This document shows, in pieces, positions 20,270-31,315 of a DNA stretch of 64,000 nucleotides. Each line of letters starts with the position of its first letter. The first letter of the stretch is position 1. The position numbers were made by a program, and so were the translations under genes. The stretch is from positions 160,001 to 224,000 of the forward strand of contig CAVXYC010000001.1 of the NCBI GenBank assembly GCA_963765765.1, read 5' to 3'. Origin of the DNA: an uncultured Chloroflexia bacterium. Lineage in GTDB: Bacteria; Chloroflexota; UBA6077; JACCZL01. A model generated the notes under the pieces. It saw nothing but the letters and a program-made list of their open reading frames with translations. It was not told the origin of the DNA and did no database searches.

Positions 20270-22048
20270 AGTTCCTATAACCGGGGAGCCTGTTGAAAAA
20301 CGCGGGCATGGAGATCAAAAGCGCTGCCCTCGTCGGTGCGGCAGATCGTCTTCACGCGATGCTCAGACACGGGAAGGCGACCCTTGGAGTGGCTGGGGCG
20401 GTGGTCGGTGGGCGGACGGCCCCTCCGGCGCCCCACCCGGCCCTGGCCGCCGCCCCCAGCCAGCCCTTCGGAGCAGTCGCTTCAGGTTCTGGCCAGCCGC
20501 GACCACGAGCGCCTCGACGTGACCTGCCAGAGTCCGCGAAGCCGGAACGGCTCAGCCCGTGCCAGTCTTTGGCTTCGCCGAACAGCGGCTCAACCCAGAC
20601 CTTCCGCTTGGCCATGGCCTTCTCGTAGGCAGCCGTCTGGTGGTAGGCGTGCACACGCTCGAGGTACTCGGCGTACAAGGACCTCTGGACCTGGCGTCCC
20701 TGGCTGCCCTCGGTGCAGGCAGCCTTGAGCGGGCACGCCTGGCAGGTGGCGGCCTCAGCGCGGTAGACGACGACACCTTCGGTGTACTTGGCCGTCCGAC
20801 GTCGCAGCACCTGGCCTTCGGGGCAGCGGTACTCGTCGCGGTCCGAATCGTAGGTGAAGTGCGAGGCGCCATAGAACGGCGTCCGCTGGTCGAAGTCCGA
20901 CAGCGGAACGTAGGCGTAGATCTTCTGATCCTGGACCTCGACGATGTTCTCGACGGTCCCGTAGGTCGTGTCGCCGGTCACCTGGTCGGGGCGGATCCGC
21001 CAGCGGAAGCAGGCGCGCCAAAGCATGTCCAGGAATGGCTGGTTCTCCATCACGTCGGCCGGGGTCACCAGGACCTCGAGGATGATGCGGGCCTTGCCCC
21101 CATCAACGACGTAGTGGTCGTGGTACCCGAAGGAGAGTCCGCCTTTCTTGAGCGCCATCAGGGCGGCATCAGGATCGGTGGCGCTCGCCTCGAAATCAGA
21201 GCGGCGCCGATAGCCGTCTCGGATGATGGTCCGATCGGGTGCCCCGTTGCGGGCTAGCTAGTCGTGCCGCTCGCCATTGGTTTGAGCGAGCTGCTCTCGC
21301 TCGGCTTCCGTGATCGGGACCGGCAGGTCGATCGGCTGGCTCCCGTCTTCCTCCGGACTCGACTCATCGGGACCGTCACCGGTAAACAGCTCACCGAGGT
21401 GCGCCTCGACCGCAAAGCGCGGGGCGATCGAGTCAAGCGATGCATTACCCGGCACTTGCGTGGCATCGACGTACAGCTCTTTGCCCCAGACCAGCCCAGC
21501 CTCGCGGCACTGCTCGACGATCACTGCGAAGAAGCGGCGAAAGATGGCCAGGCCGTAGCGCTGTCGAATCCTGGAGAGGCTGGAGTGATCGGGCAGCGCC
21601 TCGTCCAAGGCGTACCCAAGGTACCAGCGGTGGGCGAGATGGAGGCTCGCGATCTCAATCAGGTGCCGCTCCGAGCGGATCCCCTCGAAGAACATGATCA
21701 ACTGGAGCTTGAAGAAGATGCTGGGGTCGATGCTCGGCCGCCCAGATCTCTTATACGTGCTACGGACCAGGTCGCGGACGAACGTCAGATCAAGCTCTGA
21801 CTCCAGAAGACGGTAGAAATGGTGAACGGGAACCAGCGCGTCCAGCGCTGCCAGCACCGGTTGGTCCACCCGGCGCACCTTGGCCGGGCCGAGCATGAAG
21901 AAAGAATCCAGTCTAGGGTCGGACGGCGGCCCCGACCGGCACGGGGCCGATCACGGCTCGCCACCCGGGCAATGATTTGCTTAGAACCGTACCAGCCGAC
22001 AGTGACGTGGCGTCGACTTTTTCAACAGGCTCGGGGGTTATCGGAACT
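20270..22048. other. dif-like site B, split by IS1182
   Basis: Left arm agttcctataa (20270-20280) and right arm ttatcggaact (22038-22048) are 10/11 inverted complements flanking the IS. Confidence 0.7.
20286..22032 (-). mobile_element. IS1182-family insertion sequence (transposase 20352-21896 disrupted)
   Basis: 15-bp perfect TIRs gagcctgttgaaaaa/tttttcaacaggctc; GRPSIDP, IRSER, PDHSSLSRIRQR, VEPLFGEAKDWHG motifs; internal TAG at 21258 and frameshifts. Confidence 0.92.
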
Positions 22049-22089
22049 TGGTTGACGTGCTTGGGAGTGCGGCGCATAGTACGGGTACC

Positions 22090-23088
22090 ATGGATCGGCC
22101 CACCCGTCGCGCATTCCTGCGAGGCACTCTGGCCGCGGCGGCGGCTGGCTTGCTGTCCGGCTGCGGGCTGGTAGCGCCACGGTCTCAGCAGGCAGTTCGG
22201 ACACCTCGCATCGGCTACCTGTGGTCCGGCGCACAGGAATGGGCCGACGCTTTCCGCGAGGGCCTGGCAGAGCTGGGTTACGTTGAGGGCAGCACGGTCA
22301 CCGTGGAGTGGCGACCGGCCGATGGACAGGTCGATCGCTTCCCCGGGCTGGCCGCCGAGTTCGTGAGCATGCCGGTCGACGTGATCGTGGCCTCCGGGAT
22401 CAGCCCTATCCGGGCCGCGATGCGCGCCACCAGCACCATCCCGATTGTGATGGTGCAGACGGCCGACCCGGTGGCGGACGGTTTTGTGGCCAGTCTGGCA
22501 CGGCCGGGAGGAAACATCACCGGACAGACCAGCATCGCCCGCGAGCTGATTGGCAAGCGGTTGGAAGTCCTGAGGCAGGCACTCCCGTCCGTGTCACGGG
22601 TGGGCGTTATCTGGAACCCCGACCCCGATATCAACCACGCCGGCCAGGTGCGGGATGCGGAGGCCACGGCCGGCGCACTGGGGATGACGCTGGTGTCGCT
22701 GGAGGCGCAGGAGACCGCCGCCATGGAGGGCGCATTCGAGCGAGCGGTGCATGAGCGGGTCGATGCGCTGACCCTGGTGGACAATGTCGTGCTGACGAGC
22801 AATCCGGCGCGTGTCGGCGGGCTGGCACTGGCGCATCGGTTGCCAATGACGTCGACCGGTCAATATGTGACGGCCGGCGGATTGATCGGCTACGGGCCAA
22901 ATCGTCCCGCCCAGGAGCGGCGCGCCGCCACCTACGTCGACAAGATCCTGAAGGGCGCCAATCCCGCGGAACTCCCCGTTGAGCGGCCGGAGAAATTTGA
23001 CCTGGTGATCAATCTCAAGACCGCGCAGGCGCTGGGTCTGACGATTCCACAGTCGGTCCTGGCCGAGGCGACCGAGATCATCCAGTAA
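22090..23088 (+). CDS. ABC transporter substrate-binding lipoprotein (ABC_sub_bind), orphan #1
   Basis: RRAFL signal plus lipobox LSGC, SLARPGGNITG, DKILKGANPAELPVERP, INLKTAQALGLTIPQSVL. Confidence 0.93.
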   Translation: MDRPTRRAFLRGTLAAAAAGLLSGCGLVAPRSQQAVRTPRIGYLWSGAQEWADAFREGLAELGYVEGSTVTVEWRPADGQVDRFPGLAAEFVSMPVDVIVASGISPIRAAMRATSTIPIVMVQTADPVADGFVASLARPGGNITGQTSIARELIGKRLEVLRQALPSVSRVGVIWNPDPDINHAGQVRDAEATAGALGMTLVSLEAQETAAMEGAFERAVHERVDALTLVDNVVLTSNPARVGGLALAHRLPMTSTGQYVTAGGLIGYGPNRPAQERRAATYVDKILKGANPAELPVERPEKFDLVINLKTAQALGLTIPQSVLAEATEIIQ

Positions 23089-23138
23089 CCCCACGAGTCT
23101 TTCTTCTACATCTCTTCGCTCATTCAGCTAGGTTGTCT

Positions 23139-23166
23139 CGGTCCGATAATGGGGGTTATCGGCACC
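23139..23166. other. dif-like site C
   Basis: cggtccgataa-tggggg-ttatcggcacc. Confidence 0.7.
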
Positions 23167-23355
23167 TGTTTGAAAAGGCGGAGCGTGTCTCAGTGGAGCA
23201 GGTTGTCTACCGAATGACGTGACCCTGTGGGCGACGACCGGTGGCTGAACCAGGGTGGGCCGCTACTCACCCGGTTGGTGTCTTGGCACATCGCCAATTG
23301 AGTGCTAGATTGCGCCGGAGTGCGCGATGACGCGCCCGAAACGAGAGGGAGCGCC

Positions 23356-24022
23356 ATGGACCCGTTGACCGTCCTCATGACCGCCCTTGGTGTGGTGCGA
23401 CCCTGCTCAAACCGGCGGCGGATAAAGCCGTCGCTGATGGCTACGACGCCCTCAAGACGCTCATCGTTCGCAAGTTCGGGAAGCGCGACCCGGCGCTCGA
23501 CTCGGTGCTCAGCCACCATGCGCAAGACCCGGAAGGGTGGAGACACCCGACCGAGCAACTGCTGGCTGGCGTGGGCGCTGATCGTGATCAGGAGGTGCTC
23601 GATCGCGCCACGGAGCTGATTCGGCGAGCCGAGACCACGAGGCCAGGTATCTCTCCGGGCTGATCGGACAGATCAACGCCCAGGGCGGGAGGGTCGTGGT
23701 GACCCACGCGGACCGAGGGGGCTATGCCGCCGGGCGCGACATCATCATCGGGGGACGGGTCGGGCAGGAACTCCTGCGGATACCGGGGTTGGTGAAAGCA
23801 CTGCTCGTCTTCGGCACGGTGCTGGCCATCATCGGCTTCGCGATCATCGGCGCCGGGGTGCTGTCGTGGATCGCGGCATTACCGAAGCTCGGGCCCAGTT
23901 CCCCGCCGCCCCAGTTCCCACCACCGGGGGTGATGACCGGGGCTCCGATCTTCTTCTCAGGGATCGTCCTGCTCGTCCTGACGGGACTGGCCTATGTCCT
24001 CACTCGACGGCCAGGCGACTGA
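23356..24022 (+). CDS. Bell/HeLo-like N-terminal domain plus amyloid-like motif and two TM helices (two frameshifts)
   Basis: Reconstructed MDPLTVLMTALG..AADKAVADGYDALKTLIVRKFG...GQINAQGGRVVV..GGYAAGRDIIIGG, followed by TMs; gaggga RBS. Confidence 0.55.
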
Positions 24023-24025
24023 CGG

Positions 24026-25158
24026 TTAGCCACCGAGTGCGGCTTCCATGCGGGTCGCGCTTTCTCGGCGAGCCTGTTCCAGAATGTGGCCGTAAATGTC
24101 CAGGGTCGTCTGACTGCGATCATGACCAAGCTGCTCCATAACCTCCCGCACGCTGGCGCCCATGGCGAACTGGAACGTGGCGCACGTGTGGCGCAGGTTG
24201 TGGAATGGAGTCCTCTGGATTCCCGCCTTCGCCAATGCGGCCTGAAAGCGGTGCGTCACGTTGGAGCGGTCCAATGGTGTGCCGGCCGCGGACGTGAAGA
24301 CGAGCCCAGCGGATTCCAGTGATCGGGTCGACCGGCCAAGAGATGGTCCTCCCTCTGCTTGGCTCGCTGCGCGTACAGGGCGTCCAACGCGGGTCCTGGC
24401 AGCGCCAGGTTTCGACGCGACCGGCGTGTTTTTGGTTCGACCAGTTGGTATTCCCCGCTGACCTTCTGAAGTTGCTTGCGTACGCGAAGCTCCTTCTGAT
24501 CCAGGTCCACATCTGCCCAACGAAGTCCTAGAACCTCCCCCTGGCGGAGTCCCAGGGCTAGCGCCACGGTGAACAACGCTTCGAGCGGATTCTGTTGGAT
24601 GGATTGCAGAAAAACTTTCGCTTCCTCGAGCGACAGAGGACGGCGCTCGACAGGCTCGTGCTTCGGCCCGTCGACAAGCGCAGCCACATTGCGTCCGACA
24701 ATTCCCCACTTCACCGCTCTACCGAGCGCGATACGTAGCACCGACAGAATGTATCGGACTGACGTGACGGACAGGCCCTCCGCCGACTTTGCCTTCAAGA
24801 GTCGCTGGATCGCCGACGGTTCCAGGCTTGAAAGGCGCGCACGACCAAGGCTCGGGCTGATGTGTAGCTTTACGGTGGCCGCGTAGCTCTCGTAGGTGCG
24901 TGGCCGGACGGACGGTTTCACATGGTTCTCAAGCCAGTCTGTGAGGAATTGATCGAGAGTCAGTCGCTCTGGTGGGACAGGCAATCCCTTCTGCAGGTCG
25001 CGTTTCAATGTATTGAGCCGAGAAATCAGATCGCGTTGCTCGCGGGCATAGAACGACTTCGTCCGACCGTTCAAAAGGGATACCCGAGCTTCCCAACGTC
25101 CGTCGGGGCGAAGGCGAATCATGCCCTCATGATTTGCGCGTCGCTTCATACCCGCCAT
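24026..25158 (-). CDS. Phage-type tyrosine recombinase/integrase (frameshift near 24320)
   Basis: RRANHEGMIRLRPDGRW arm domain, GLRQGEVLGLRW, FHNLRHT, QLGH, TTLDIYGH. Confidence 0.9.
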
Positions 25159-25225
25159 CTTTAGCTCCTGAGTGCTGTCCGAGATTTACTAGTTCGGTAC
25201 ACAGAACGGCATTTCATTGACCGCG

Positions 25226-25468
25226 TCATGTGACGTTTCCCCATTCCCGGCGCTCCAAACCTCTCACGCGGCAACCAGCAATGTCGAACGCGGGAGACGC
25301 GAGTCGGCCATTTACACATCCTCCTCCGTCAGCCTCGCGGCGAGTCTCCGCATACAGATACTTGCGTTGGCGCTTTCCGTCTTTCCAACCGAGGTCGAGG
25401 ACTGCGACCCAACGCCCATCTTGCCGCGGGTGAATCGAACCCTCACCGTGCCCTCGTCGACTAGTCAC
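25226..25468 (-). pseudogene. Truncated integrase N-terminus #2
   Basis: MTSRRGHGEGSIHPRQDGRWVAVLDLGWKDGKRQRKYLYAETRREA, then the similarity is lost. Confidence 0.75.
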
Positions 25469-25659
25469 TATCCCGCCTCCTCCGCTCGCTGCTCACGCTT
25501 GCGCCGCTGATACGCCCCCACGCGGCAGGCGTTCCCGCAGTAGATCTTCTTCGTAGTTCCCTCAATTGGAACCCCGCAAATGACGCACGCGCTCGTCACC
25601 CTTCGACGGTATGCTGCGAGGGCACGAGCTGCCTGCGCAGCCCCATCATCTTTGCCCAA
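25468..25659 (-). CDS. Small Zn-finger protein coupled to integrase fragment
   Basis: CVICG...YCGNACRVGAYQRRKR; ggagg RBS. Confidence 0.7.
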   Translation of the reverse strand: MGKDDGAAQAARALAAYRRRVTSACVICGVPIEGTTKKIYCGNACRVGAYQRRKREQRAEEAG

Positions 25660-25898
25660 ATGAGTACCTCCTGAAACATTATAAGCTAATAATGTCGTTC
25701 GACTGCCCTGCCAGAGATGTGCGGCCTAGCGATCTCGAAAGGTGGGTTTGGGACGGTCCGGCGATCTTGACCATGTGGACTGGCAAGGTCGAATACAGGC
25801 TGATCGACCTATTCGCGGCAAACAGCGAGCCGATTTGCTCCCGCAATTCACTTGAGGATGTAATAACGACCGCGTTGTCAGACGATGGCTACATAACA

Positions 25899-25977
25899 CC
25901 GTCCACAGCGTCCAGAGCGTCCAGGCCACAACCCCTGCCGTTGAAATACTGGACGCTATGGACGGTGTGGACGCTCT
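25899..25977. repeat. Inverted arrays of 9-bp GTCCA-containing repeats
   Basis: gtccacagc-gtccagagc-gtccagg ... ctggacgct-atggacggt-gtggacgct. Confidence 0.65.
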
Positions 25978-26105
25978 GCGGGGCCCTGTTTGGAGGACGA
26001 CTCGGAATTGTCCGCGATGGGGCTGCCCGTTCGCTGGTCATGATCGCGGCGACCATCGGGCTCTCTCACTCGTCCTCCATGGCGTACAAACTGCAACTGC
26101 GAGCG

Positions 26106-26156
26106 TCACGAGTCATCCTTGGAGATCGAGCCCTCCCCGTGGCCGCGGCGGGTCAT
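26106..26156 (-). pseudogene. Truncated integrase N-terminus #3
   Basis: Manual translation MTRRGHGEGSISKDDS*. Confidence 0.6.
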
Positions 26157-26157
26157 G

Positions 26158-26427
26158 CTAGTCCCGAACCCACAAATAGAATCCGGTGCGCACGGGCATT
26201 CGCTCCACCGTCATCCCGGCCGCTCGAAGCTGATCAGCCAGCGTTGTCAGGACGTCGGCCTTCGATGAGTCAGAGGTCTCTTCCGCTGGGAACGAGCCCT
26301 GTGGTGGTGGACGAAGTCGAATCGTCCATCCCCCTCCACCATTCGCCTCCAGATCGTAAAGACCGGCGTTCCCGCCAGCCTTCATTACAGCATTGACCTG
26401 TGCGCGTAGATCGGATGAAGTAGTCAT
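26158..26427 (-). CDS. Hypothetical protein
   Basis: 89-aa ORF abutting integrase relic #3. Confidence 0.5.
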   Translation of the reverse strand: MTTSSDLRAQVNAVMKAGGNAGLYDLEANGGGGWTIRLRPPPQGSFPAEETSDSSKADVLTTLADQLRAAGMTVERMPVRTGFYLWVRD

Positions 26428-26519
26428 GCTCGAGCCCCGCTTTCAGTCTGAGAAGATGGAGTCCTGGATCACGCGTGAGTGCGATTGCTCTAAAACCGGC
26501 GAGACGAAAGACTCTCACC

Positions 26520-26933
26520 TCAGCCGTCGATGAATTCATCCACGGCCGTAAATCTCTCCCAATTCTCAGTTCTTGCAAGATGAATCAGCGTGGAGGTGAT
26601 GGCTTCGACCAGCTTTGGCCCTGGTTCCAGGACATCCAGGTAGACGGGCTCATCGTGCATTTTGTGGATGAAGATCTCGCCGCTTTGCGGATACACGGCG
26701 ATCGTGAGCGATCGGGGCATGCCGTCCCCTTGCCACACGACGTGCCAGCCTCGAGAGCTTTCGTGAGTATCTGGCCTCATGCTCATAAGTGCCAGATGAT
26801 CGTTCGATAGAGCCACGGCCTCCTCGAGGATCTGCTGGATCGCAAGAATCAGATCGTCGGCTTTCTCCTGTCGCTCGTCTGCCTTTTCGCGAGAATTTCT
26901 GATTTCTGCTTTGAGGTCATCAGTCCAGGGCAT
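26520..26933 (-). CDS. Hypothetical protein
   Basis: 137-aa ORF with protein-like composition and N-terminal coiled coil. Confidence 0.6.
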   Translation of the reverse strand: MPWTDDLKAEIRNSREKADERQEKADDLILAIQQILEEAVALSNDHLALMSMRPDTHESSRGWHVVWQGDGMPRSLTIAVYPQSGEIFIHKMHDEPVYLDVLEPGPKLVEAITSTLIHLARTENWERFTAVDEFIDG

Positions 26934-27019
26934 TTGTCACACCACCTAACCCGTCTATCACCAGCAGCGGCCGCCGAGATGAGCGAAGGGAAGGTCGCTC
27001 GTAGGTCGGGTTCATGCGA

Positions 27020-27886
27020 TTAGCCGGATGACGATGATCGCCCTGCTAACTGCCGGCCGCGCTCAAGCGCGGCGTAGCTTCTCGGAGCGGCCGCGACGAT
27101 CATTCTGAAGCCCTCTTCGAGGCGTTGCTCGACGTCATTGACATCGGCGATGGTGCAGCATGGGACGCGGGCATCCTGGCAGGCGTGAAGAATCGCCTGA
27201 ATGGCCGCTTCTACCTCTGGATGTTTGCCCTGACCGGCGTGGCCCAGGTCGACCGATAGATCGCCGGAGCCTGCCCAGATGGCGCTCAAGCCTCTGACCT
27301 CCTTCAAGATTGCTGGTAGATTCTTAACGCCTTCCTTGTCCTCAACGATGGCCATGCAGAAGATCTCGCCTTGCAGACCGTACGGCCACAGCTCGGCGGC
27401 GGCGTAATACTCTTGGATATTGAGGCCCCAGTAACGCGAGGCGTGGCGCGGAAACCAGCCTCTCTGGCCATGATCGGCCTCGCCGGGTCTCGGATAGCGC
27501 ACCGCGGCCACCAGCGCCCGGGCTTGCTCGACAGTCGATAGATGCGGCTGGACAACCCCGTAGACGCCGCAGTCCAGCGTCTGCTTGATAACCCACTGGT
27601 TCATCTCACCCGCGTTCGGCGGCACCCGCACGAGTGGTACGACAGCCGGCGCAATCGAACCGCTCTTCGCAATACGCGCCCGATTCAACAGATGCTGGAG
27701 CGTGGACCTCAGATTGGGGAAATCGAAATCGAGGTGCTCCATGTCAAAGATGACGAAGTCGTTGTCCGACTCCGCTATGGCCATCGCATCATCCAGCGCG
27801 CCATTGGGCGCGGTCAGACCGAACGCGGGCTTGCCCGACTCCAGCAGGCCAATCAATGAGTTGAGCCGAGCCATGGTCAACTCCAA
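27020..27886 (-). CDS. HpcH/HpaI aldolase family protein
   Basis: FDMEH, PLVRVP, KQTLDCG, IVEDKEGVKNL, GSGDLS. Confidence 0.9.
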   Translation of the reverse strand: MELTMARLNSLIGLLESGKPAFGLTAPNGALDDAMAIAESDNDFVIFDMEHLDFDFPNLRSTLQHLLNRARIAKSGSIAPAVVPLVRVPPNAGEMNQWVIKQTLDCGVYGVVQPHLSTVEQARALVAAVRYPRPGEADHGQRGWFPRHASRYWGLNIQEYYAAAELWPYGLQGEIFCMAIVEDKEGVKNLPAILKEVRGLSAIWAGSGDLSVDLGHAGQGKHPEVEAAIQAILHACQDARVPCCTIADVNDVEQRLEEGFRMIVAAAPRSYAALERGRQLAGRSSSSG

Positions 27887-27978
27887 ATGCGGTGGGTTGC
27901 TGCGCGTAGAGTAGCACCGATCAGGTGACCTGCGAACGACGAGAGCGCCGGCGTCTCCCGATCTTGACCGCGGTCGTC

Positions 27979-29183
27979 TTACCGGAAGAAGAATCGCTCG
28001 AACATCTCCACATACTCGTTGTTGCGTTGAATCTGATCATCGGTACGACGCTGCGGATTGATCTCGCCAATGCTTGGGTAGCCGGCGGGCGGAGGGAGAT
28101 AGGCCAGGGCGGCGTGTGACTGAATGTGCTGCACCACTCCGCGCTGCCCATCCTCTGAGACAAGCCAGCTCACCCATAGCTTGGCAGCGTCCTCACCGGC
28201 GCGTCCTTTAACACGCCTACGTTTAATTCCACAGCGGTTGAGCCGCCATCACGCATCCACTCCACTTTTACGGGAGCGATCGCCTGCATATCGAGCAGCT
28301 CGCTGGTGATCCCGATCGGGAAATACATCGCGTATTCACCGCGAGCTATCTGCTGGGACACCGTGCCGCCTACCTCGCGAGACCAGGTCGGCTCCTGGTC
28401 TTTGAATTTGTCCAAGTACTCCTGGCCGAGCTGGTGGTAATTGATCGTGAAGTACTCCAGGCCGGTCCCACCCATCCGTGGATCGCTCACCAGCATCTTC
28501 CCCTTGCCCTTCCAGAACGGGTCCAACACGTCCTGACGCGTGCGCGGGATCTTGTTCTCAGGGACGAGGCTCGTGTTCAAAATCATCCCGAATACGTTGG
28601 TGCTATAGGGCCACCGGGTCTTGCCCGCGGACAAGGGCACGGGCGGCAGATCAGCAACGTTTGCTGGCCCTTCCCATTCCAGTAGATGACCGGCCTGCTC
28701 GATTGTCGTCATGGAGGTTGCGCCTGCGCTGGCGACGCTCGCGATGCGACGGCTGGCGGTGCCTTCCGCCGCCAGGCGCTGGATCATCTCCGGTGTGCGG
28801 AGCTGCACGCGCTCCACCTCGATGCCAGGGAAGGCCTTCTGAAACTGCTCGATGAGCGGATCAGCCTCCACCCCGAACGTCGCGTAATGGGTCACCTTTG
28901 TCTGACCCGACGTGAGCGCCTTCTGATAGTACTCAGCGAGTTTGGCAGCGACCACCGCGGCACTCGATGAGGTCGGGGCGGACGACTTGGGCTCGGCGGC
29001 TATGGCCGCGGAGGGGGCCGCTGTCACTGCGGGTGGGGCCGCTGTCGCCGCCGGCTGCGCCGTAGACGGCGCGATTGTCGGTGGCGGTGCAGCCAGCGGG
29101 GCGCACGCGGCGATGGTCAACGCGAGGATGATTCCGATGACAGGAAGCGAGCTGCGGCGCATGGAGAAAGGCATGGCAGCCAC
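27979..29183 (-). CDS. Extracellular solute-binding lipoprotein (Fe/thiamine-type; frameshift near 28190)
   Basis: Lipobox IAAC, Ala/Pro linker, DVLDPFWKG, WLVSEDGQ in the continuation ORF. Confidence 0.82.
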
Positions 29184-29626
29184 CCTTCACCCAGTGGACG
29201 TGTGGCGCGTCCTTCACATCGAAAAGCGCCGCGGCTCAGGGCCATCTCCCGAGCCCAACGCGTGCCCCACACGTAGCACCAGATACGCGACCTAGCGTAG
29301 TGCAGCCATGCGCACCTGTAAAGCTGTCCTAGGAAGTGTAAGTGTTCAGACTTGAGGGGATGAGTTTGTGACACGGCTGTGAGGTGCGGGCGAGTCACGC
29401 GGCCGTCACAGCCCGGTAGCGTGCGGCCATGATGCGCACGTGATCGACTTCACCGCTCATCCAGCAATTACGAGGCGAGGTGTGCGTAAGCAGGCCCTTC
29501 TGCTGGCGCGCGCCCCTGCAACAAGCCGTTTCGCCCAGCCGCGGTATCCGCAGCGGCCCGCCGGACCACCGAGACCTTCAAGCGTGCTGTGGCCGATCGC
29601 GACGTAGCGCTCGAGCCGCCTCATGG

Positions 29627-30499
29627 CTACTCGCAGAATCGTGGGACGCGGAAGACGAGCTCCTCGTCACCGATTTCGCGGCACAGGGTGTGGAGCTCGC
29701 TTCGCCGAGCACCTCGCCATTCGAGGTCCTCGAGGCTCTCGGCGAGCGGGACGTCGCGCCGGAGCGTCGCGAGCGTCTTATAGAGCGCCGCGTCGTCACG
29801 TCGCTCTCTCAAACTGGCAGCCAGCGCCGCGCCGCCTCGGACATTCACGTCCCATCGAGTCGGGTCGTCGGGGATGTCTTCGATCCGACCAAACCGACCG
29901 AGCACCGCGGACGCTGCTTTCTCGCCCCACCGCGGGATGCCGGGAAAGCCATCGGCCGAGTCGCCGACGAGAGCGAGCCAGTCCGGGATCGAACCCGGCG
30001 GCACACCGAACTTCTCGTTCACCTGCTTTTCGTCCATTAGGAGACGACGCATGCGATCGAAACGGACCACGCGCTGGTCGACGACGCACTGAGCAAGATC
30101 CTTGTCAGGGGTGCAGATCAGAATCTGTTCCACCTCGGGAATCGACGAGAAGCGCGCCGCGGCGGTGGCGAGAGCGTCGTCCGCTTCGAACTCGATCATT
30201 GACCACGTAGTGATTCCGAGTGCGCGCGACGCGCGTTCGGCGAGAGGAAATTGCGAGAGCAAGTCGTCCGGGATGCCCGCGCCGGTCTTGTACCCATCAA
30301 ACAGGTCGTTGCGGAACGACTCGATGACGTGGTCGAACGCGATGGCGACGTGACTGACTCCGTCCTCGCGCAGGAGCGAGAGCAGGGACCGAAGAATGCC
30401 GCGCGTCGCTCCTATTTCTCGATCGCCAACCTGGGCCTTGGGAGCTCCGAAGAAGGACCGAAACAACTCGTACGTGCCATCGACGAGATGGACCTTCAT
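29627..30499 (-). CDS. 5'-3' exonuclease / flap endonuclease
   Basis: HLVDGTYELFR, EADD, TPDKDLAQ, LVGDSADGFPGIP. Confidence 0.92.
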   Translation of the reverse strand: MKVHLVDGTYELFRSFFGAPKAQVGDREIGATRGILRSLLSLLREDGVSHVAIAFDHVIESFRNDLFDGYKTGAGIPDDLLSQFPLAERASRALGITTWSMIEFEADDALATAAARFSSIPEVEQILICTPDKDLAQCVVDQRVVRFDRMRRLLMDEKQVNEKFGVPPGSIPDWLALVGDSADGFPGIPRWGEKAASAVLGRFGRIEDIPDDPTRWDVNVRGGAALAASLRERRDDAALYKTLATLRRDVPLAESLEDLEWRGARRSELHTLCREIGDEELVFRVPRFCE

Positions 30500-31210
30500 C
30501 TGGTTGACTCGGTCAGCGTCTTCATGCCGAGATGAGCGTCCGCGATGCGCAACTCGTGCATCTGGTGCGCTTTCGGGGAAGGCGCGGCCACGAGATCCTG
30601 GTGCGTCCGGTGATCGTCGGCGGTGACTTGAATGCGGAATGATCTCGGCATACTGCGAGCATCCACCCCTCCGTCACTGGGTCACACCGATCGTTCTCGC
30701 CCGTACCAATGCAACCTTCCAGACCTCGTGTCACTGACTACCAGGCTGCGGATCAACGCTGGAGATGTTCGAGCCACTGCTCCCGCAGGATAACTGCGAC
30801 CCGTTTAGCAGTCGCCCCAATCCGACTGATTGAACGTGTAACTCACGGCCACAGCATAGACAGTGACGACGCCCATCTTAAACGGAATCCCTGCCCTCGG
30901 CTTATCACCGGGCAATCTCCGCATGCGGTCTCGCCAAAAGATGAACCAAGCGAACGGACGCCTTCAGGCCGCTCGGAAGGTCAGTGTGAAACGGAAAGGA
31001 ATGGAGGCGTTCGGCAACTCATTGTTATTGTTTTCCTAATAGTTATGCCGATGCATATTGCCCGGTGATAAACCGGCGGCACTCACTGAACTTCCATTCC
31101 GGGTAACCGTTTCGCTGTCATCACGCCGGGCCGACCCTCGTTCTCAGCTGGCGACCGAGCTTGGGATCAGACGGTGCGTCATTGTCAAGTCTGCAGGGGG
31201 GACCCAAATT

Positions 31211-31315
31211 GGTTCCGATAACCGTGTTCAAACTAACTCATCTGGGAACGTGACAATAGGAAACACGCTCGAGTGACCGTGGCAGCTGGTACTGGGAATC
31301 GGGGTTATCGGACCC
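31211..31315. other. dif-like site D, arms separated by about 80 bp
   Basis: ggttccgataa-cc at 31211 and gggg-ttatcggaccc at 31301-31315. Confidence 0.55.

Noticed and set aside
24000-27000. tRNA attachment site or intact prophage next to the integrase
   Set aside because: No tRNA cloverleaf, att direct repeat or phage structural genes could be recognised.
26940-27025. attC-like site on the minus strand (GGCTAAT...GTTAGGT before ORF 26933)
   Set aside because: R'' is imperfect, L-box spacing is wrong, there is no second attC, and the nearby integrase is phage-type rather than IntI.
30520-31200. Short ORFs between the flap endonuclease and site D
   Set aside because: No recognisable motifs or RBS; cannot support a gene call.
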